64,000 nt of DNA from Spirochaetia bacterium (GCA_965140585.1 OZ223264.1:736001-800000), one strand, 5' to 3'; counted from the first letter of the stretch, positions 1 to 10,199 are shown. The notes: a model not told the origin generated them from the sequence alone. A program made the numbers and translations.

Positions 1-655
1 AGGAAATCCCCAGATGGCCAGCTTTCTTTATAATCAGGTTGAACAGTCTTATATGCTGGGTCATCTTGCCGGACTTATTACAACCAGTGATATAAAAGGG
101 GCAAATGCCGATCTGAAGATCGGTATCATTGTTGCACAGGAATATCCTGCCCTTAATAAAATGATGGTTCCCGGTTTTGAAAATGGAGCAAAGGCCGTTA
201 ACGGGGGAATAACACTTGATTACCGTGTTATCGGAAACTGGTATGATGCCAACAAGGCCGCTGAACTGGCCCGAAGTATGATAGATTCCGGTGTTGATGT
301 GATAGGTGTAATTTGCGGAGGAGCCGCTCAGGGTGTATTTGAAGTTTGTGCCGAGAGGGGCAAATACGTTATGTACTGGGATGACAACGGCTATTCGAAG
401 GCTCCGGGTGTGATTGCAGGAAGCGGTGCACTGCATCAGGACAGGCTTGTTTATGAAGTAGTTTCAGATGCCATTAAAGGCAATGTGGAATACGGCAAAG
501 CAGTTAAACTGTATGCGAAGGACGGATATGTTGAGTTTATTTCTGATGATCCTGACTATGTTAGTACAGTCAGCGAGGAAGTAAGGGCGAAGCAGCAGAT
601 TCTTGTTGACAGCATAATCTCAGGTGAACTTGTTCTTGAAATTCCTCAGCTGTAA
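1..655 (+). CDS. BMP-family ABC transporter substrate-binding protein (5' part outside window)
   Basis: ORF 14..655 is open from the window edge; 'SYMLGHLAG...GFENGAKAVN...GNWYDANKAAELA...GVDVI' pattern of Bmp/PnrA lipoproteins; followed by a nucleoside-type ABC ATPase and permeases. Confidence 0.85.
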   Translation, partial: GNPQMASFLYNQVEQSYMLGHLAGLITTSDIKGANADLKIGIIVAQEYPALNKMMVPGFENGAKAVNGGITLDYRVIGNWYDANKAAELARSMIDSGVDVIGVICGGAAQGVFEVCAERGKYVMYWDDNGYSKAPGVIAGSGALHQDRLVYEVVSDAIKGNVEYGKAVKLYAKDGYVEFISDDPDYVSTVSEEVRAKQQILVDSIISGELVLEIPQL

Positions 656-684
656 ATACTGCCTGAATAAATATTAAAATTACG

Positions 685-715
685 GGGGTGTCTTAATTTA
701 AAGACACCCCTTTTT
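685..715 (+). terminator. Rho-independent terminator or stabilising hairpin after the binding-protein gene
   Basis: GGGGTGTCTT...AAGACACCCC stem followed by TTTTT. Confidence 0.75.
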
Positions 716-775
716 ATAATGGTCTCATTGTTCTCTATATATTATACTTGATGGAAGAGGTTCTTTTTAGTAACT

Positions 776-2311
776 ATGAAAATTGCTGAACCCTGGCTTC
801 AGATGCGGGGAATCACAAAACAATATGCAGTCACCGGACAGCACGCCAATACCGATGTTGATATTGAAGTACGCAAGGGTGAAATTCATGCCATAGCCGG
901 AGAAAACGGAGCGGGTAAAACCACCCTCATGAAAATTCTCTATGGGCTTGAGCATCCCGACAGCGGAAGGATAATACTTGACGGGCGGGACGTGAAAATG
1001 ACAAGTCCCCTGACGGCCACAAAGCTCGGAATCGGTATGGTACAGCAGCATTTTCGGCTTGTTCAGGAATTTACCGTGGCTCAGAATGTTGTTCTCGGTG
1101 TTGAGCCCATAAAGGCCGGTGTTTTCTTCAACCAGTCTTCAGCTGTTAAGTCAGTTGAAAAACTTATTATTGAAAATGATTTTCATATTAAACCTGATGC
1201 AAGAATCCGGAACTTGAGTGTAGGGCAGATGCAGCAGGTTGAGATACTTAAAATGCTCTACCGAAAGGCTGATCTGCTCATCCTTGATGAGCCTACCTCG
1301 GTTCTGACAGATATAGAAATTGAAAGACTTTTCAAGACTCTCAAAAGACTTGTGTCTCAGGGAAAAACTGTGATTCTTATCACTCATAAGCTGTCTGAGA
1401 TAAAAGATATATCCGACAGGATAACAGTAATGAGGAAAGGCCGTGTAGTAGGTGTTGTTGACACTGCGTCAGTTGACAGTAAGGAGCTTTCCCGGCTGAT
1501 GGTTGGAAGAAGTATTGAACTGACGGAAGTTGAAAGAGTGGAAGGTTGCAGAGAGCCTGTTCTTGTGATGGAGGGTGTAAATCTTCTAAACAAAAATCAG
1601 GGTCGTCCGGTCCTTGAAAATATAAGTCTCAGTGCTTCCGGCTGTGAGGTTGTCGGTATTACTGCCGTAGCAGGTAACGGACTCGCAGAGCTTGAAGATG
1701 TAATTGCCGGGCTTCGAAGGGTAAGCAGCGGAAAGATCTACCACAACGATGCGGATATAACTTTTGACAATACTGCTAAGCGCAGGGAAGGCGGCCTTTC
1801 ATATGTGCCTACCGACAGGCTCTGGCGCGGCGCTTCTCTTTCTTCTGCGGTGAGTGAGAATGTAATGATTACCGGCCGGCGGAACTTTACCCGAAGGGTT
1901 GGAATCATTGATCGGCAGGCTGTAGATGATTATACGGATAAACTTATAAAAACCTATCAAATAGACGGTCAGAGAGATGCTCCTATCGGTACACTCTCCG
2001 GTGGAAACATTCAGAAGGTTATTCTTGCAAGAGAGCTTGATTCAGCCGGAGATGTTGTACTCTTTGCTGAACCCACCTGGGGTTTGGATATCACAAGCAG
2101 TGAGTATATATATAAAAGAATCATTGAAATGAGGGAGCGTGGTGTTGCTGTTATTCTCATTTCTTCTAATATCGATGAAATTCTAACCCTGTCGGATACC
2201 GTTATGGTGCTGTACCGGGGCCGTTTTGTTTTTAAGCAACCTAATTCGGAGAATTTGAACAGGGAGCTGATAGGTGAATATATGATGGGCCTGAAGGAGG
2301 CTGAACTTTGA
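776..2311 (+). CDS. ABC transporter ATP-binding protein, two-domain CUT2/nucleoside type
   Basis: Walker A GENGAGKT, LILDEPT, signature LSGGNIQK. Confidence 0.93.
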   Translation: MKIAEPWLQMRGITKQYAVTGQHANTDVDIEVRKGEIHAIAGENGAGKTTLMKILYGLEHPDSGRIILDGRDVKMTSPLTATKLGIGMVQQHFRLVQEFTVAQNVVLGVEPIKAGVFFNQSSAVKSVEKLIIENDFHIKPDARIRNLSVGQMQQVEILKMLYRKADLLILDEPTSVLTDIEIERLFKTLKRLVSQGKTVILITHKLSEIKDISDRITVMRKGRVVGVVDTASVDSKELSRLMVGRSIELTEVERVEGCREPVLVMEGVNLLNKNQGRPVLENISLSASGCEVVGITAVAGNGLAELEDVIAGLRRVSSGKIYHNDADITFDNTAKRREGGLSYVPTDRLWRGASLSSAVSENVMITGRRNFTRRVGIIDRQAVDDYTDKLIKTYQIDGQRDAPIGTLSGGNIQKVILARELDSAGDVVLFAEPTWGLDITSSEYIYKRIIEMRERGVAVILISSNIDEILTLSDTVMVLYRGRFVFKQPNSENLNRELIGEYMMGLKEAEL

Positions 2312-3351
2312 AGAAATTGTGCAGAAATACAGCTGTAGCTTTTGCCTCGCCGCTGATTACCATAGCTGCAGCCTTTATAGTTCTACTGGTTCTTATCTTT
2401 GTTTTCAGCAGGACTCCGTCTGAAACTATATACTATTTTTTTGCGGGACCATTTACCAATAAATATTACTTCGGAAACATGCTTAATGCCGCAGTTCCCC
2501 TGATATTGACAGGGCTAGGCATTTCATTTGCCTTCAGAAGCTCGGTTTATAACCTGGGCGGTGAGGGGCAGGTTTATGCCGGCGGATTTACCGCAACTCT
2601 GGTTCTTCTGCTTCTGCCCGGCTTGCCCGGACCCTCTGGAATCGTTCTTGCGGTCTTCTCTGCAGTCATTGTCAGCGCTCTGATAGCCGGCTTCTCCGGC
2701 TTTTTCAGAATGAAATGGGGAACCGATGAGCTTATTTCATCATTTTTGATTTCCGCTTCGGTAATATACGTGGTTGATTACCTGATAACCGGGGTTTTTA
2801 ACGATACCGCCAGTAATCTGCTTACCACCCCTGCTGTCGATGTTCGTTTCTGGCTGACTAAAATATTTCCGCCGTCCAATCTCAATTCCAGTGTGATAAT
2901 TGCGGTTATTGCGGCTGCAGCCGCATATTTTATTCTTTTCCGGACGAGAACCGGGTATGAAATGAGGATCTGCGGTCTTAATCCGAAGTTTGCCGCCTAT
3001 GGCGGAATTAATACAGGTATCTACATGGTCCTGCCGATGGCTATAAGCGGAGGCTTCCATGGTCTGGCAGGCAGCCTGTCCGTTCTTGGTACTTATCATA
3101 TGAGTCTAAAAGGTTTTTCAGGCGGTATCGGCTGGAATGGTATTGCTGTTGCTCTGATTGCAGGTAATAATCCGGCGGCTGTTGTTCCGGCAGCCCTGTT
3201 TTTTGCCTTCATCGAAGCCGGTGCAAAATCGGCGATGATCAACTCTGATATTACCATTGAAGTGGCTACAATAGCACAGGCTGTTATCTTCTTTTTTATA
3301 ACATCCAAGGTTATCTATAACCTGCTCAAATACAGGAGGGCTTACGTTTGA
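2308..3351 (+). CDS. ABC transporter permease (nucleoside/BMP type)
   Basis: Hydrophobic; 'NLGGEGQ', 'RTRTGYEMR..G.NP.FA.YGGI', 'GIAVAL'; TTG start overlaps the ATPase stop. Confidence 0.9.
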   Translation: MKKLCRNTAVAFASPLITIAAAFIVLLVLIFVFSRTPSETIYYFFAGPFTNKYYFGNMLNAAVPLILTGLGISFAFRSSVYNLGGEGQVYAGGFTATLVLLLLPGLPGPSGIVLAVFSAVIVSALIAGFSGFFRMKWGTDELISSFLISASVIYVVDYLITGVFNDTASNLLTTPAVDVRFWLTKIFPPSNLNSSVIIAVIAAAAAYFILFRTRTGYEMRICGLNPKFAAYGGINTGIYMVLPMAISGGFHGLAGSLSVLGTYHMSLKGFSGGIGWNGIAVALIAGNNPAAVVPAALFFAFIEAGAKSAMINSDITIEVATIAQAVIFFFITSKVIYNLLKYRRAYV

Positions 3352-4247
3352 ACAGCGGAGAATTCAGCCTTCCGGTTATCCATAATTCAGTCAGTATAAT
3401 GACCCCTTTCTTACTGGCTGCGGTAGGCGGACTGCTTACCGAGCTTGCCGGAATTTTGAACATTGCCCTTGAAGGGCTTATGCTTACCGGAGCTTTTTTC
3501 AGTGTAATTTTTACTGCCGCAACCGGAAGCCTTGCTCTGGGAATACTGGCGGGGATGATGCTTACAGTGCTGCTTTCACTTGTATTCGGACTGGTAACAC
3601 TATATATGAAGGCCAATGTTTTCATCACAGGCCTTGCCACTAACCTTTTCGCTACCGGACTTACTACAGTTCTTTCATTTCATATTTTCGGTACAAAGGG
3701 AGTTCTGACCTTCTCCAACCTGCCTGATCTTCCAGTTCTCAATATTCCTTCATTGCACGGTATTCCGGTTCTTGGAGATCTTCTGCTGGGTCATAATAAC
3801 CTTGTATACCTGGGTTGGCTGAGTGTGCTGGTTTCATACCTGCTTATTTACAAAACCCCCTACGGTTTCAGGCTCAGGGCTGCCGGCAGTAATCCTCATG
3901 CCATGCAGGCGCTTGGATTGAACCCTGTCCACTACAGGATGTCCGCCATACTTATTTCAGGGTTGACATGTGCGCTTGCCGGTGCTGTGCTTACGCTTAA
4001 GATAGGAGCCTATGTACCAAATATTACAGCAGGGCGGGGTTGGATAGCCCTTGTAGTGATTTATCTCGGCGGTAAAACCCCGATAGGGATTCTCGGGGCG
4101 GCTTTTATATTCGGTCTTGCAGAAAGTTTTTCCAATTATGCCCAGGGTTTTATTCACATCCCGGCAGATTTTATTCTCGCGTTTCCCTACATCATTACTG
4201 TTATTGCCATGGTTCTTGTGTCTGCATTTAAACACAGGAAGAACTGA
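3348..4247 (+). CDS. ABC transporter permease (nucleoside/BMP type)
   Basis: 'ELAGILNIALEGLML', 'GFRLRAAG.NP', 'AGRGWIAL', 'FPYI'. Confidence 0.9.
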   Translation: MNSGEFSLPVIHNSVSIMTPFLLAAVGGLLTELAGILNIALEGLMLTGAFFSVIFTAATGSLALGILAGMMLTVLLSLVFGLVTLYMKANVFITGLATNLFATGLTTVLSFHIFGTKGVLTFSNLPDLPVLNIPSLHGIPVLGDLLLGHNNLVYLGWLSVLVSYLLIYKTPYGFRLRAAGSNPHAMQALGLNPVHYRMSAILISGLTCALAGAVLTLKIGAYVPNITAGRGWIALVVIYLGGKTPIGILGAAFIFGLAESFSNYAQGFIHIPADFILAFPYIITVIAMVLVSAFKHRKN

Positions 4248-4280
4248 TTATGATAAGATTAGCAGAAGTGGAGATTTTAA

Positions 4281-5306
4281 ATGAGAACAGCGGTCCTGAA
4301 TGCTCCAGGCAGTATAGAAATTGTAAATGCTGCTGACCCGGTCCCAAAATCAACTGAGGTCCTTGTAAGAATAAAATATTGCGGTATTTGCACACTTGAG
4401 CAGAGACTTTATTCAGGTGAAATGAAGATATACTATCCCATCGTCCCCGGTCATGAAGCTTCCGGAATAGTTGAATATGTAGGTGATGATGTGATTACCT
4501 CGATCAAACCCGGTGATCACGTAGTTATAGATATGGTTTACCGCTGTCATGAGTGTTATTACTGCCGCAGGGGGCAGAGCAATATGTGTCTCAATCGCTT
4601 TGACCGGCGGCTGAAACCCCTCGGCGGATTCTCTGAGCTGGCTGCCCTCCGGCCCGAACAACTGTATAAAGTCCCTTCGGAGCTTCCGCTTGAGCAGGCT
4701 GCGTTCACCGAGCCCCTTGCCTGCTGTATACGCTCTCTGAAGAAGATTGATCTTCAGATTTCCGAGGATCTTCTGATTATTGGTGCCGGTCCCATGGGGC
4801 TGATGCATTTAAAGGCTGCTCTTGCTATGGGCGCCAGGGTTACTGTTTCGGATGTTGATGATGTAAGGCTGGCGCTTGCGTCTGAGATGGGAGCGGACTT
4901 AACTGTTAATCCGTCAAAACAGGATATTGTTTCAGTTATAATGGATGTCACCGGAGGTGTCGGGGCTGATGCCTGTGTGGTGGCCAGCCCTGCCTTTTCA
5001 GCGCTTGAAAACGCTTTCTCTGCCATCCGAAAAGACGGCCGGGTGAATATCTATACAGCCTACACTATGGATAAGCCGACGCTACCCGTTGATCTGAATT
5101 ATCTGCATAGAAATGAAATAACTGTAACCGGTACCGAAGGCCGGACCGAGACGGATTTCCTGCAGGCATCAAGAATGCTGTCATTCGGAAAGATTGATGT
5201 GAAACCCCTTATAAGCCGGATTGTCGGGTTTGACGGGCTTGAGGAAGGAATAAAGGCGGCTATGAGTCCTGACACCCAAAGGGTTCTTCTTGGTACTGAA
5301 TTATGA
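4281..5306 (+). CDS. Zn-dependent medium-chain dehydrogenase (polyol/sorbitol dehydrogenase-like)
   Basis: CGIC, GHE, structural Zn CxxCxxC(7)C, Rossmann GAGPMG. Confidence 0.88.
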   Translation: MRTAVLNAPGSIEIVNAADPVPKSTEVLVRIKYCGICTLEQRLYSGEMKIYYPIVPGHEASGIVEYVGDDVITSIKPGDHVVIDMVYRCHECYYCRRGQSNMCLNRFDRRLKPLGGFSELAALRPEQLYKVPSELPLEQAAFTEPLACCIRSLKKIDLQISEDLLIIGAGPMGLMHLKAALAMGARVTVSDVDDVRLALASEMGADLTVNPSKQDIVSVIMDVTGGVGADACVVASPAFSALENAFSAIRKDGRVNIYTAYTMDKPTLPVDLNYLHRNEITVTGTEGRTETDFLQASRMLSFGKIDVKPLISRIVGFDGLEEGIKAAMSPDTQRVLLGTEL

Positions 5307-6733
5307 TCCTTGCAATTGATATAGGAACAACAGTCCTCAAGGCGGCACTTCTGGGTGAGGCCGGGCGGATAGTCTCTCTGGCTGTAAGGCGTCTGTGCTC
5401 TTCGGTTCCGTCGCCCGGTCATCATGAAGCTGACCCCGATGAATGGATGAGTGCTATAGCCTCTGTTTCGACAGAACTGCTGAGCAGAGTGAGTGAGACT
5501 CCCCGCGCACTGGTTGTAAGCGGAAACGGACCGACTCTTGTTCCTGTTGATATTGGAGGTAGCTTTTTAAAGCCTGTAATGAGCTGGATGGACAGGCGCG
5601 GAACAGTTCAGTCCGACCGGATTGCTTCAGTGAATGATTTCCGTATAGATCCCAGCTTCTACCTTCCAAAGGCTCTCTGGATTTCAGATAATCTTCCGGA
5701 AGTTTACGATAAAACAGCCTGGTTTCTGTCCTGCCCGGAGTCAGTGGTTTTTCGTCTCACCGGAGAGGCTGTTACTATTCTGCCGGGACTGCATTTTGAA
5801 AAATATTTCTGGAGCCCTGAGCTAATCAGACGGCTTGGACTTGATAAGTCAAAATTTCCTGATTTTGTAAAACCCGGTCATATTACAGGCCGGATTACAG
5901 CAAAGGGAGCTTCTGAATCGAATCTGCCTCAGGGGATACCTGTAATATCAGCCGGGCCGGACTTTGTTGTATCTCTCCTGGGGACCGGAGCGGTGTATCC
6001 GGGACGAGCTTGTGACCGCTGCGGAACCTCTGAAGGCATTAACCTGTGTACAGAAAAATATATCACCGACCCGAGGCTTATGGGGTATGGTCACGTGATT
6101 GAGCCCTGGTTTAATGTCTCAGGTATAATCTCAACTTCTGGAAAGGCTCTGGAGTGGATAAAGCAGACAGCTTTTGAAACTGATTCCGGAATTGAAGCGG
6201 TTGTCCGTGAGGCTGAATCTTCAACGGCCGGAGCCGGCAGGCTTGTTTTTCTGCCCTACCTTTCGGGAGAACGTGCCCCGCACTGGGACCCATTCGCCCG
6301 TGGGGCTTTTATAGGCCTTGGTCTGCAGCACAGGCGCGGAGACCTCGTGAGAGCGGTGCTTGAGTCTACAGGTTTTGCAATTCGGGATGTAATCAGCGTT
6401 ATGGAAGAGAATGATTCTGTAGTTGAAGAGCTTAGGATTACCGGGCGTCCTGCTGTTAACCCCATGTGGAATCAGATTAAGGCTGATATATCCGGCAGAA
6501 GGCTTCTTGTTCCGGAATCTTTTGAATCGGAACTTCTGGGTGATCTCGCTGTCGCTTTGAAAGCTCTCGGTGAAACAGACAACCTTGCAGAAACAGCGGA
6601 CAGGATTGTCCGGATAACAGGTGAATATATTCCCGATTCCGGTAAGCGGCAGCTCTATGATGATCTCTTTGGGATATACAGGGAATCCTATACTTCGCTT
6701 AAGGATATTTTTAAAAAACTCTCGGTTAAATAA
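5303..6733 (+). CDS. FGGY-family carbohydrate kinase (xylulokinase-like)
   Basis: 'IDIGTT', 'WMDRR', 'FLPYLSGERAPHW', 'RAVLES'. Confidence 0.9.
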   Translation: MILAIDIGTTVLKAALLGEAGRIVSLAVRRLCSSVPSPGHHEADPDEWMSAIASVSTELLSRVSETPRALVVSGNGPTLVPVDIGGSFLKPVMSWMDRRGTVQSDRIASVNDFRIDPSFYLPKALWISDNLPEVYDKTAWFLSCPESVVFRLTGEAVTILPGLHFEKYFWSPELIRRLGLDKSKFPDFVKPGHITGRITAKGASESNLPQGIPVISAGPDFVVSLLGTGAVYPGRACDRCGTSEGINLCTEKYITDPRLMGYGHVIEPWFNVSGIISTSGKALEWIKQTAFETDSGIEAVVREAESSTAGAGRLVFLPYLSGERAPHWDPFARGAFIGLGLQHRRGDLVRAVLESTGFAIRDVISVMEENDSVVEELRITGRPAVNPMWNQIKADISGRRLLVPESFESELLGDLAVALKALGETDNLAETADRIVRITGEYIPDSGKRQLYDDLFGIYRESYTSLKDIFKKLSVK

Positions 6734-6743
6734 AGGGGTGTAA

Positions 6744-7553
6744 ATGAATACTGGTAAACGTATAAGGATGAATTCCATATTCCGCAAGGATACCGGTAGG
6801 ACGGTAGTCGTTGCTATCGATCATGGAGGTATTGCCGGACCTATGGAGGGCATTAATCATCCCGGTGAACTTATATCCTGCTGTTCCGACTCCGGAGCTG
6901 ATGCAGTTTTAACAACCCGGGGTTTTGCACGTGCTGCAGCAGCTTCCTTCGACAGGGGACTGGGTCTGATTCTGCGTCTTACCGGCGGCTTTACCGTACT
7001 TGGCGGTAAATTTGAGGAAGAGATGATATCAACTGCCGAGACCGCCCTGCGCTTCGGTGCCTGCGGTGCAGCGGTAACCGTTAAATTCGGACATCCCCGG
7101 GAAGGATATTTTACCAGACAGGCCTCTCTGACTGCTGACAGCTGCGAACAGTGGGAACTTCCAATGCTTATTGAGGCAATCCCTGCCGGAGCCGAAAGAA
7201 AGCCTTCCGATCCCGACGGTGTTAAACTTGCCGCCCGTGCGGCTGCTGAAATAGGCGCCGATGTTGTGAAAACCTATTACTGCGGCGATCCCGATCTTTT
7301 TTCGCGGGTTGTTGAGGGCTGCCTTGTTCCTATCGTGATTCTCGGCGGAGCAAAGACCGACAGTATCGAACAGATTATGACTGAGGTTTATTATTCCGTT
7401 CAGGCGGGCGGAGCCGGTATAGCTATGGGGCGTAATATCTGGCAGTACCGGAATCCGGCTGTAATGATTGAAGCAATGGCCGGTGTTGTACATGAAGGGT
7501 GGACAGTCCCTCAGGCACTTAAGCATCTGGGTAACAGTCAGAAAGAGATATAA
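6744..7553 (+). CDS. Class I aldolase, DhnA/LsrF family
   Basis: 'VAIDHG', Schiff-base Lys in 'GADVVKTYY', 'ILGG', 'GIAMGRNIWQ'. Confidence 0.85.
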   Translation: MNTGKRIRMNSIFRKDTGRTVVVAIDHGGIAGPMEGINHPGELISCCSDSGADAVLTTRGFARAAAASFDRGLGLILRLTGGFTVLGGKFEEEMISTAETALRFGACGAAVTVKFGHPREGYFTRQASLTADSCEQWELPMLIEAIPAGAERKPSDPDGVKLAARAAAEIGADVVKTYYCGDPDLFSRVVEGCLVPIVILGGAKTDSIEQIMTEVYYSVQAGGAGIAMGRNIWQYRNPAVMIEAMAGVVHEGWTVPQALKHLGNSQKEI

Positions 7554-7630
7554 TCATACCTGTTAGAAAAAAAACTTAAACGTATACTCGATTAACTCAG
7601 AAAAATCATTTCAGAGTGCTCTGTAGATTG

Positions 7631-7666
7631 TTGACTTTGTTGGGAATAATAGGTAATGTTGGGTAG
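7631..7666 (+). promoter_or_regulatory. Putative sigma70 promoter with TGTTGGG direct repeats
   Basis: TTGACT (7631) 17 bp TAATGT (7654); TGTTGGG at 7638 and 7657. Confidence 0.45.
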
Positions 7667-7681
7667 CATAAGGAGCCTGTT

Positions 7682-8143
7682 ATGGAAAATAAGCTATATT
7701 CTGTAAGTGAGATCTCTGAACTTCTGGGCCTTCATGAGAAGACTGTTCAGCGATTTATACGTGAGGGAAAGATATCCGCTGTTAAAATCGGCCGTGCCTG
7801 GAAGGTGAGTACCGATGCGTTGAAAGACTATACCCATGCAGAACTTACTGATGTGCAGCCGGAAATTCCAAATGTCCGGACTGAAGAGCCTGTCAGTGAT
7901 CGTGTAAGGGTTTCTGCTGTAATAGAACTTTCTGAGGCCGGCAGAGCTGAGGCTTCCCGGATTTCTAATACAATAATCGCCCTTCTTAACTGTAAGGATC
8001 CTTCCTGGGGAAAAACCCGATATGATTTTATTCATGACCCGGAAACAGGGACGGCAAGGTTTATTCTGTATGGAAACCCTTCGTTTATAAGCAGCATCAT
8101 GAAAATGCTTGAACCGCTGCTGGGAGTTCAGAATGATGAGTAA
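7682..8143 (+). CDS. Excisionase-like (HTH_17/MerR-like) DNA-binding domain protein with extra C-terminal domain
   Basis: 'YSVSEISELLGLHEKTVQRFIREGKISAVKIGRAWKV'; RBS AGGAG upstream. Confidence 0.8.
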   Translation: MENKLYSVSEISELLGLHEKTVQRFIREGKISAVKIGRAWKVSTDALKDYTHAELTDVQPEIPNVRTEEPVSDRVRVSAVIELSEAGRAEASRISNTIIALLNCKDPSWGKTRYDFIHDPETGTARFILYGNPSFISSIMKMLEPLLGVQNDE

Positions 8144-9011
8144 ATCTGTTTTCAGATCCCCTGAAGGGAAGGCTGAGGTTCATTCAGAATATGGAAAAAT
8201 CCTTGAGAACTGGCCGATGGAGCACAGCCGGAAAGTTGTTCCGATAGAAATAAATCAGGCCGGTGCAGGTGCAAGTACAGTTATGACCCATATAATCGAA
8301 TGCGGAAGGAAAGACGCTCCAATTTTAATTCTGCTTCATGGTTCATCCAGCAACAGTGCTGCCTGGATGGGGGATGTGGAACTGTGGGCCGGCTCTTTCA
8401 GTGTATATGCAATCGATATTCCGGGACAGCCGGGCTTGAGTTCTGATTTCAGCTTCGCTCCAGGCAGTGAAGAATTCAGACTCTGGCTGCAGAATACAAT
8501 TGAATACTGTAGAGGAAGCGAAAAAGTCTATATAGTCGGCCAGTCTCTCGGCGGATTCGCGGCCCTGCAGTATGCGATCATGTTTCCCGAAAAGGTGAGG
8601 GCTCTGAGCCTTCTTACAGCCTCCGGGCTTGCTCCTTCAAGATTGAGCTTCATCTTTAAAGCATTGCCGCTAATGCTTTTTGGTGAGCGCGGCGCTAAAA
8701 AACTTGACAGGCTTATACGCTACAATACCGATACAGGGGAAGAGGCGGCCGAATTCGGGCGTCTTGTGTCAAAGAATTATATACCGATGACCGCACCCAT
8801 ACCTGTCTTTACTGATGAAGAGCTCCAGAAACTTCAGATGCCCGTCCAGTACTTCGGCGGTGATCATGATGTTCTGCTTGATACTGAAAAATCAGCAGAA
8901 AGGCTGAGAACCTTTGTTTCAGGGGCTCAAATAAATCTGCTGCCGGAAACCGGTCATGTCATCATCGGCCGTACCGTCGAGATAAGGGACTTCCTGTCCG
9001 CCGCCGGCTGA
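8133..9011 (+). CDS. Alpha/beta hydrolase
   Basis: 'LLHGS', 'IDIPGQPG', nucleophile elbow GQSLGG, C-terminal 'TGH'; start placed at the ATG after GGAG. Confidence 0.87.
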   Translation: MMSKSVFRSPEGKAEVHSEYGKILENWPMEHSRKVVPIEINQAGAGASTVMTHIIECGRKDAPILILLHGSSSNSAAWMGDVELWAGSFSVYAIDIPGQPGLSSDFSFAPGSEEFRLWLQNTIEYCRGSEKVYIVGQSLGGFAALQYAIMFPEKVRALSLLTASGLAPSRLSFIFKALPLMLFGERGAKKLDRLIRYNTDTGEEAAEFGRLVSKNYIPMTAPIPVFTDEELQKLQMPVQYFGGDHDVLLDTEKSAERLRTFVSGAQINLLPETGHVIIGRTVEIRDFLSAAG

Positions 9012-10199
9012 TTATTTAACCGAAATATTGATGATATGTTCTGATTCTGCGATTGATTTTATCAGTTGCTCTCCGGGCATATCATCAAGTTTTATTGTAC
9101 ATACCGCGGCTTTATCTCCCTCGAATATGCTGTTCTGCATTTCCTCTATGTTTATACCGGCTGTTCTTATTTCATCCAGCACGCCTGCAAGTACTCCGAC
9201 GTGGTTGAAATGTCTTACAACCAGGTTTATATCATTTTCCGGTTTGTTTCTGAGGTTAACTACGTTAGGCGGAATTCCTGTACGACGGTATTCTGATATG
9301 ACACGTACTGTTTCCATTGCAATTGCCTCAGAGGCCTGTGTTGTAGACGCTCCTATGTGGTGTGTTCCGGTAATCAGCCCGGCAAGTTCAGTGTCTATGA
9401 ACTCTTTTGATGAGGTGGAGGGTTCATCTTCGTATACATCAAGAGCCGCTTTTATACCCCTGGCTTTGACTGCTTCCTTCAGGGCCGCTGTATCTACTAT
9501 TTCACCTCTGGATGTATTTATGAAGATGCTGCCCGGTTTCATTGCACTGAAAAACTTGCTGCCGATAAAGTGGACGGTTTCAGCCGAGGCTGCCAGATGT
9601 ACCGATACCGCATCGCTGATTTCTGCGAGTTCTTCTGGTGTGCTGCAGTATTCTACGCCGAGCTCTTCTGCTTTTTCTGGAGTGAGGCTTCTCGACCATG
9701 CGGCGGTTTTCATGTCGAAACCCTTTGCTCTTTCTGAAACCGCGGCACCTATTGCTCCCATCCCTATAATGCCCAGTGTCCTGCCTTTCAGTCCTCCTGC
9801 CTTGCTGTAAAGTTTCTTGTTCCATATTCCTGCTCTTAAATCGGCGGTACAGGCAGCAATATTCCGGTCGGCAGCTATCAGCAGGCCCATTGCAAGTTCG
9901 GCTACGGCGGCTGTATTTTTGCCCGGACAGTTTGCAACATGGATTCCAAGCTTTGATGCTGCTGCCAGGTCTATTGTATTGACGCCTGCACCGGCCCTGA
10001 TAATAAGCGAGAGGTTTCTGCCTGCTTCTATCGTCGCCGCAGTTACCTTTGTTGAGCGGACGATAAGGATGTCAAAGGGTTGAATTCTTTCCGGCAGGAT
10101 GTCGGCAGTAAGTCCAGGTTCAGAGGTGACTTCCATACCGGCGGATTTCAGTTTTTTTTCGGCATTTTCAGACAGACTGTCTGCGATCAGGATTCTCAT
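9012..10199 (-). CDS. D-2-hydroxyacid / D-3-phosphoglycerate dehydrogenase family protein with C-terminal ACT domain
   Basis: 'RAGAGVNTID', GMGAIG, 'INTSRG', 'DVYEDEP', 'HIGAST'; ACT-like 'HFNHVGVL'. Confidence 0.85.
   Translation of the reverse strand: MRILIADSLSENAEKKLKSAGMEVTSEPGLTADILPERIQPFDILIVRSTKVTAATIEAGRNLSLIIRAGAGVNTIDLAAASKLGIHVANCPGKNTAAVAELAMGLLIAADRNIAACTADLRAGIWNKKLYSKAGGLKGRTLGIIGMGAIGAAVSERAKGFDMKTAAWSRSLTPEKAEELGVEYCSTPEELAEISDAVSVHLAASAETVHFIGSKFFSAMKPGSIFINTSRGEIVDTAALKEAVKARGIKAALDVYEDEPSTSSKEFIDTELAGLITGTHHIGASTTQASEAIAMETVRVISEYRRTGIPPNVVNLRNKPENDINLVVRHFNHVGVLAGVLDEIRTAGINIEEMQNSIFEGDKAAVCTIKLDDMPGEQLIKSIAESEHIINISVK

Noticed and set aside
7682-8143. Excisionase domain as a sign of a prophage or ICE
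   Set aside because: No integrase, att-like repeats, tRNA or phage genes nearby; the gene is coupled to a hydrolase
9028-9810. 260-aa plus-strand ORF, and the many similar antisense ORFs in the track
   Set aside because: Shadow frames of well-supported genes on the opposite strand, with no motifs or RBS
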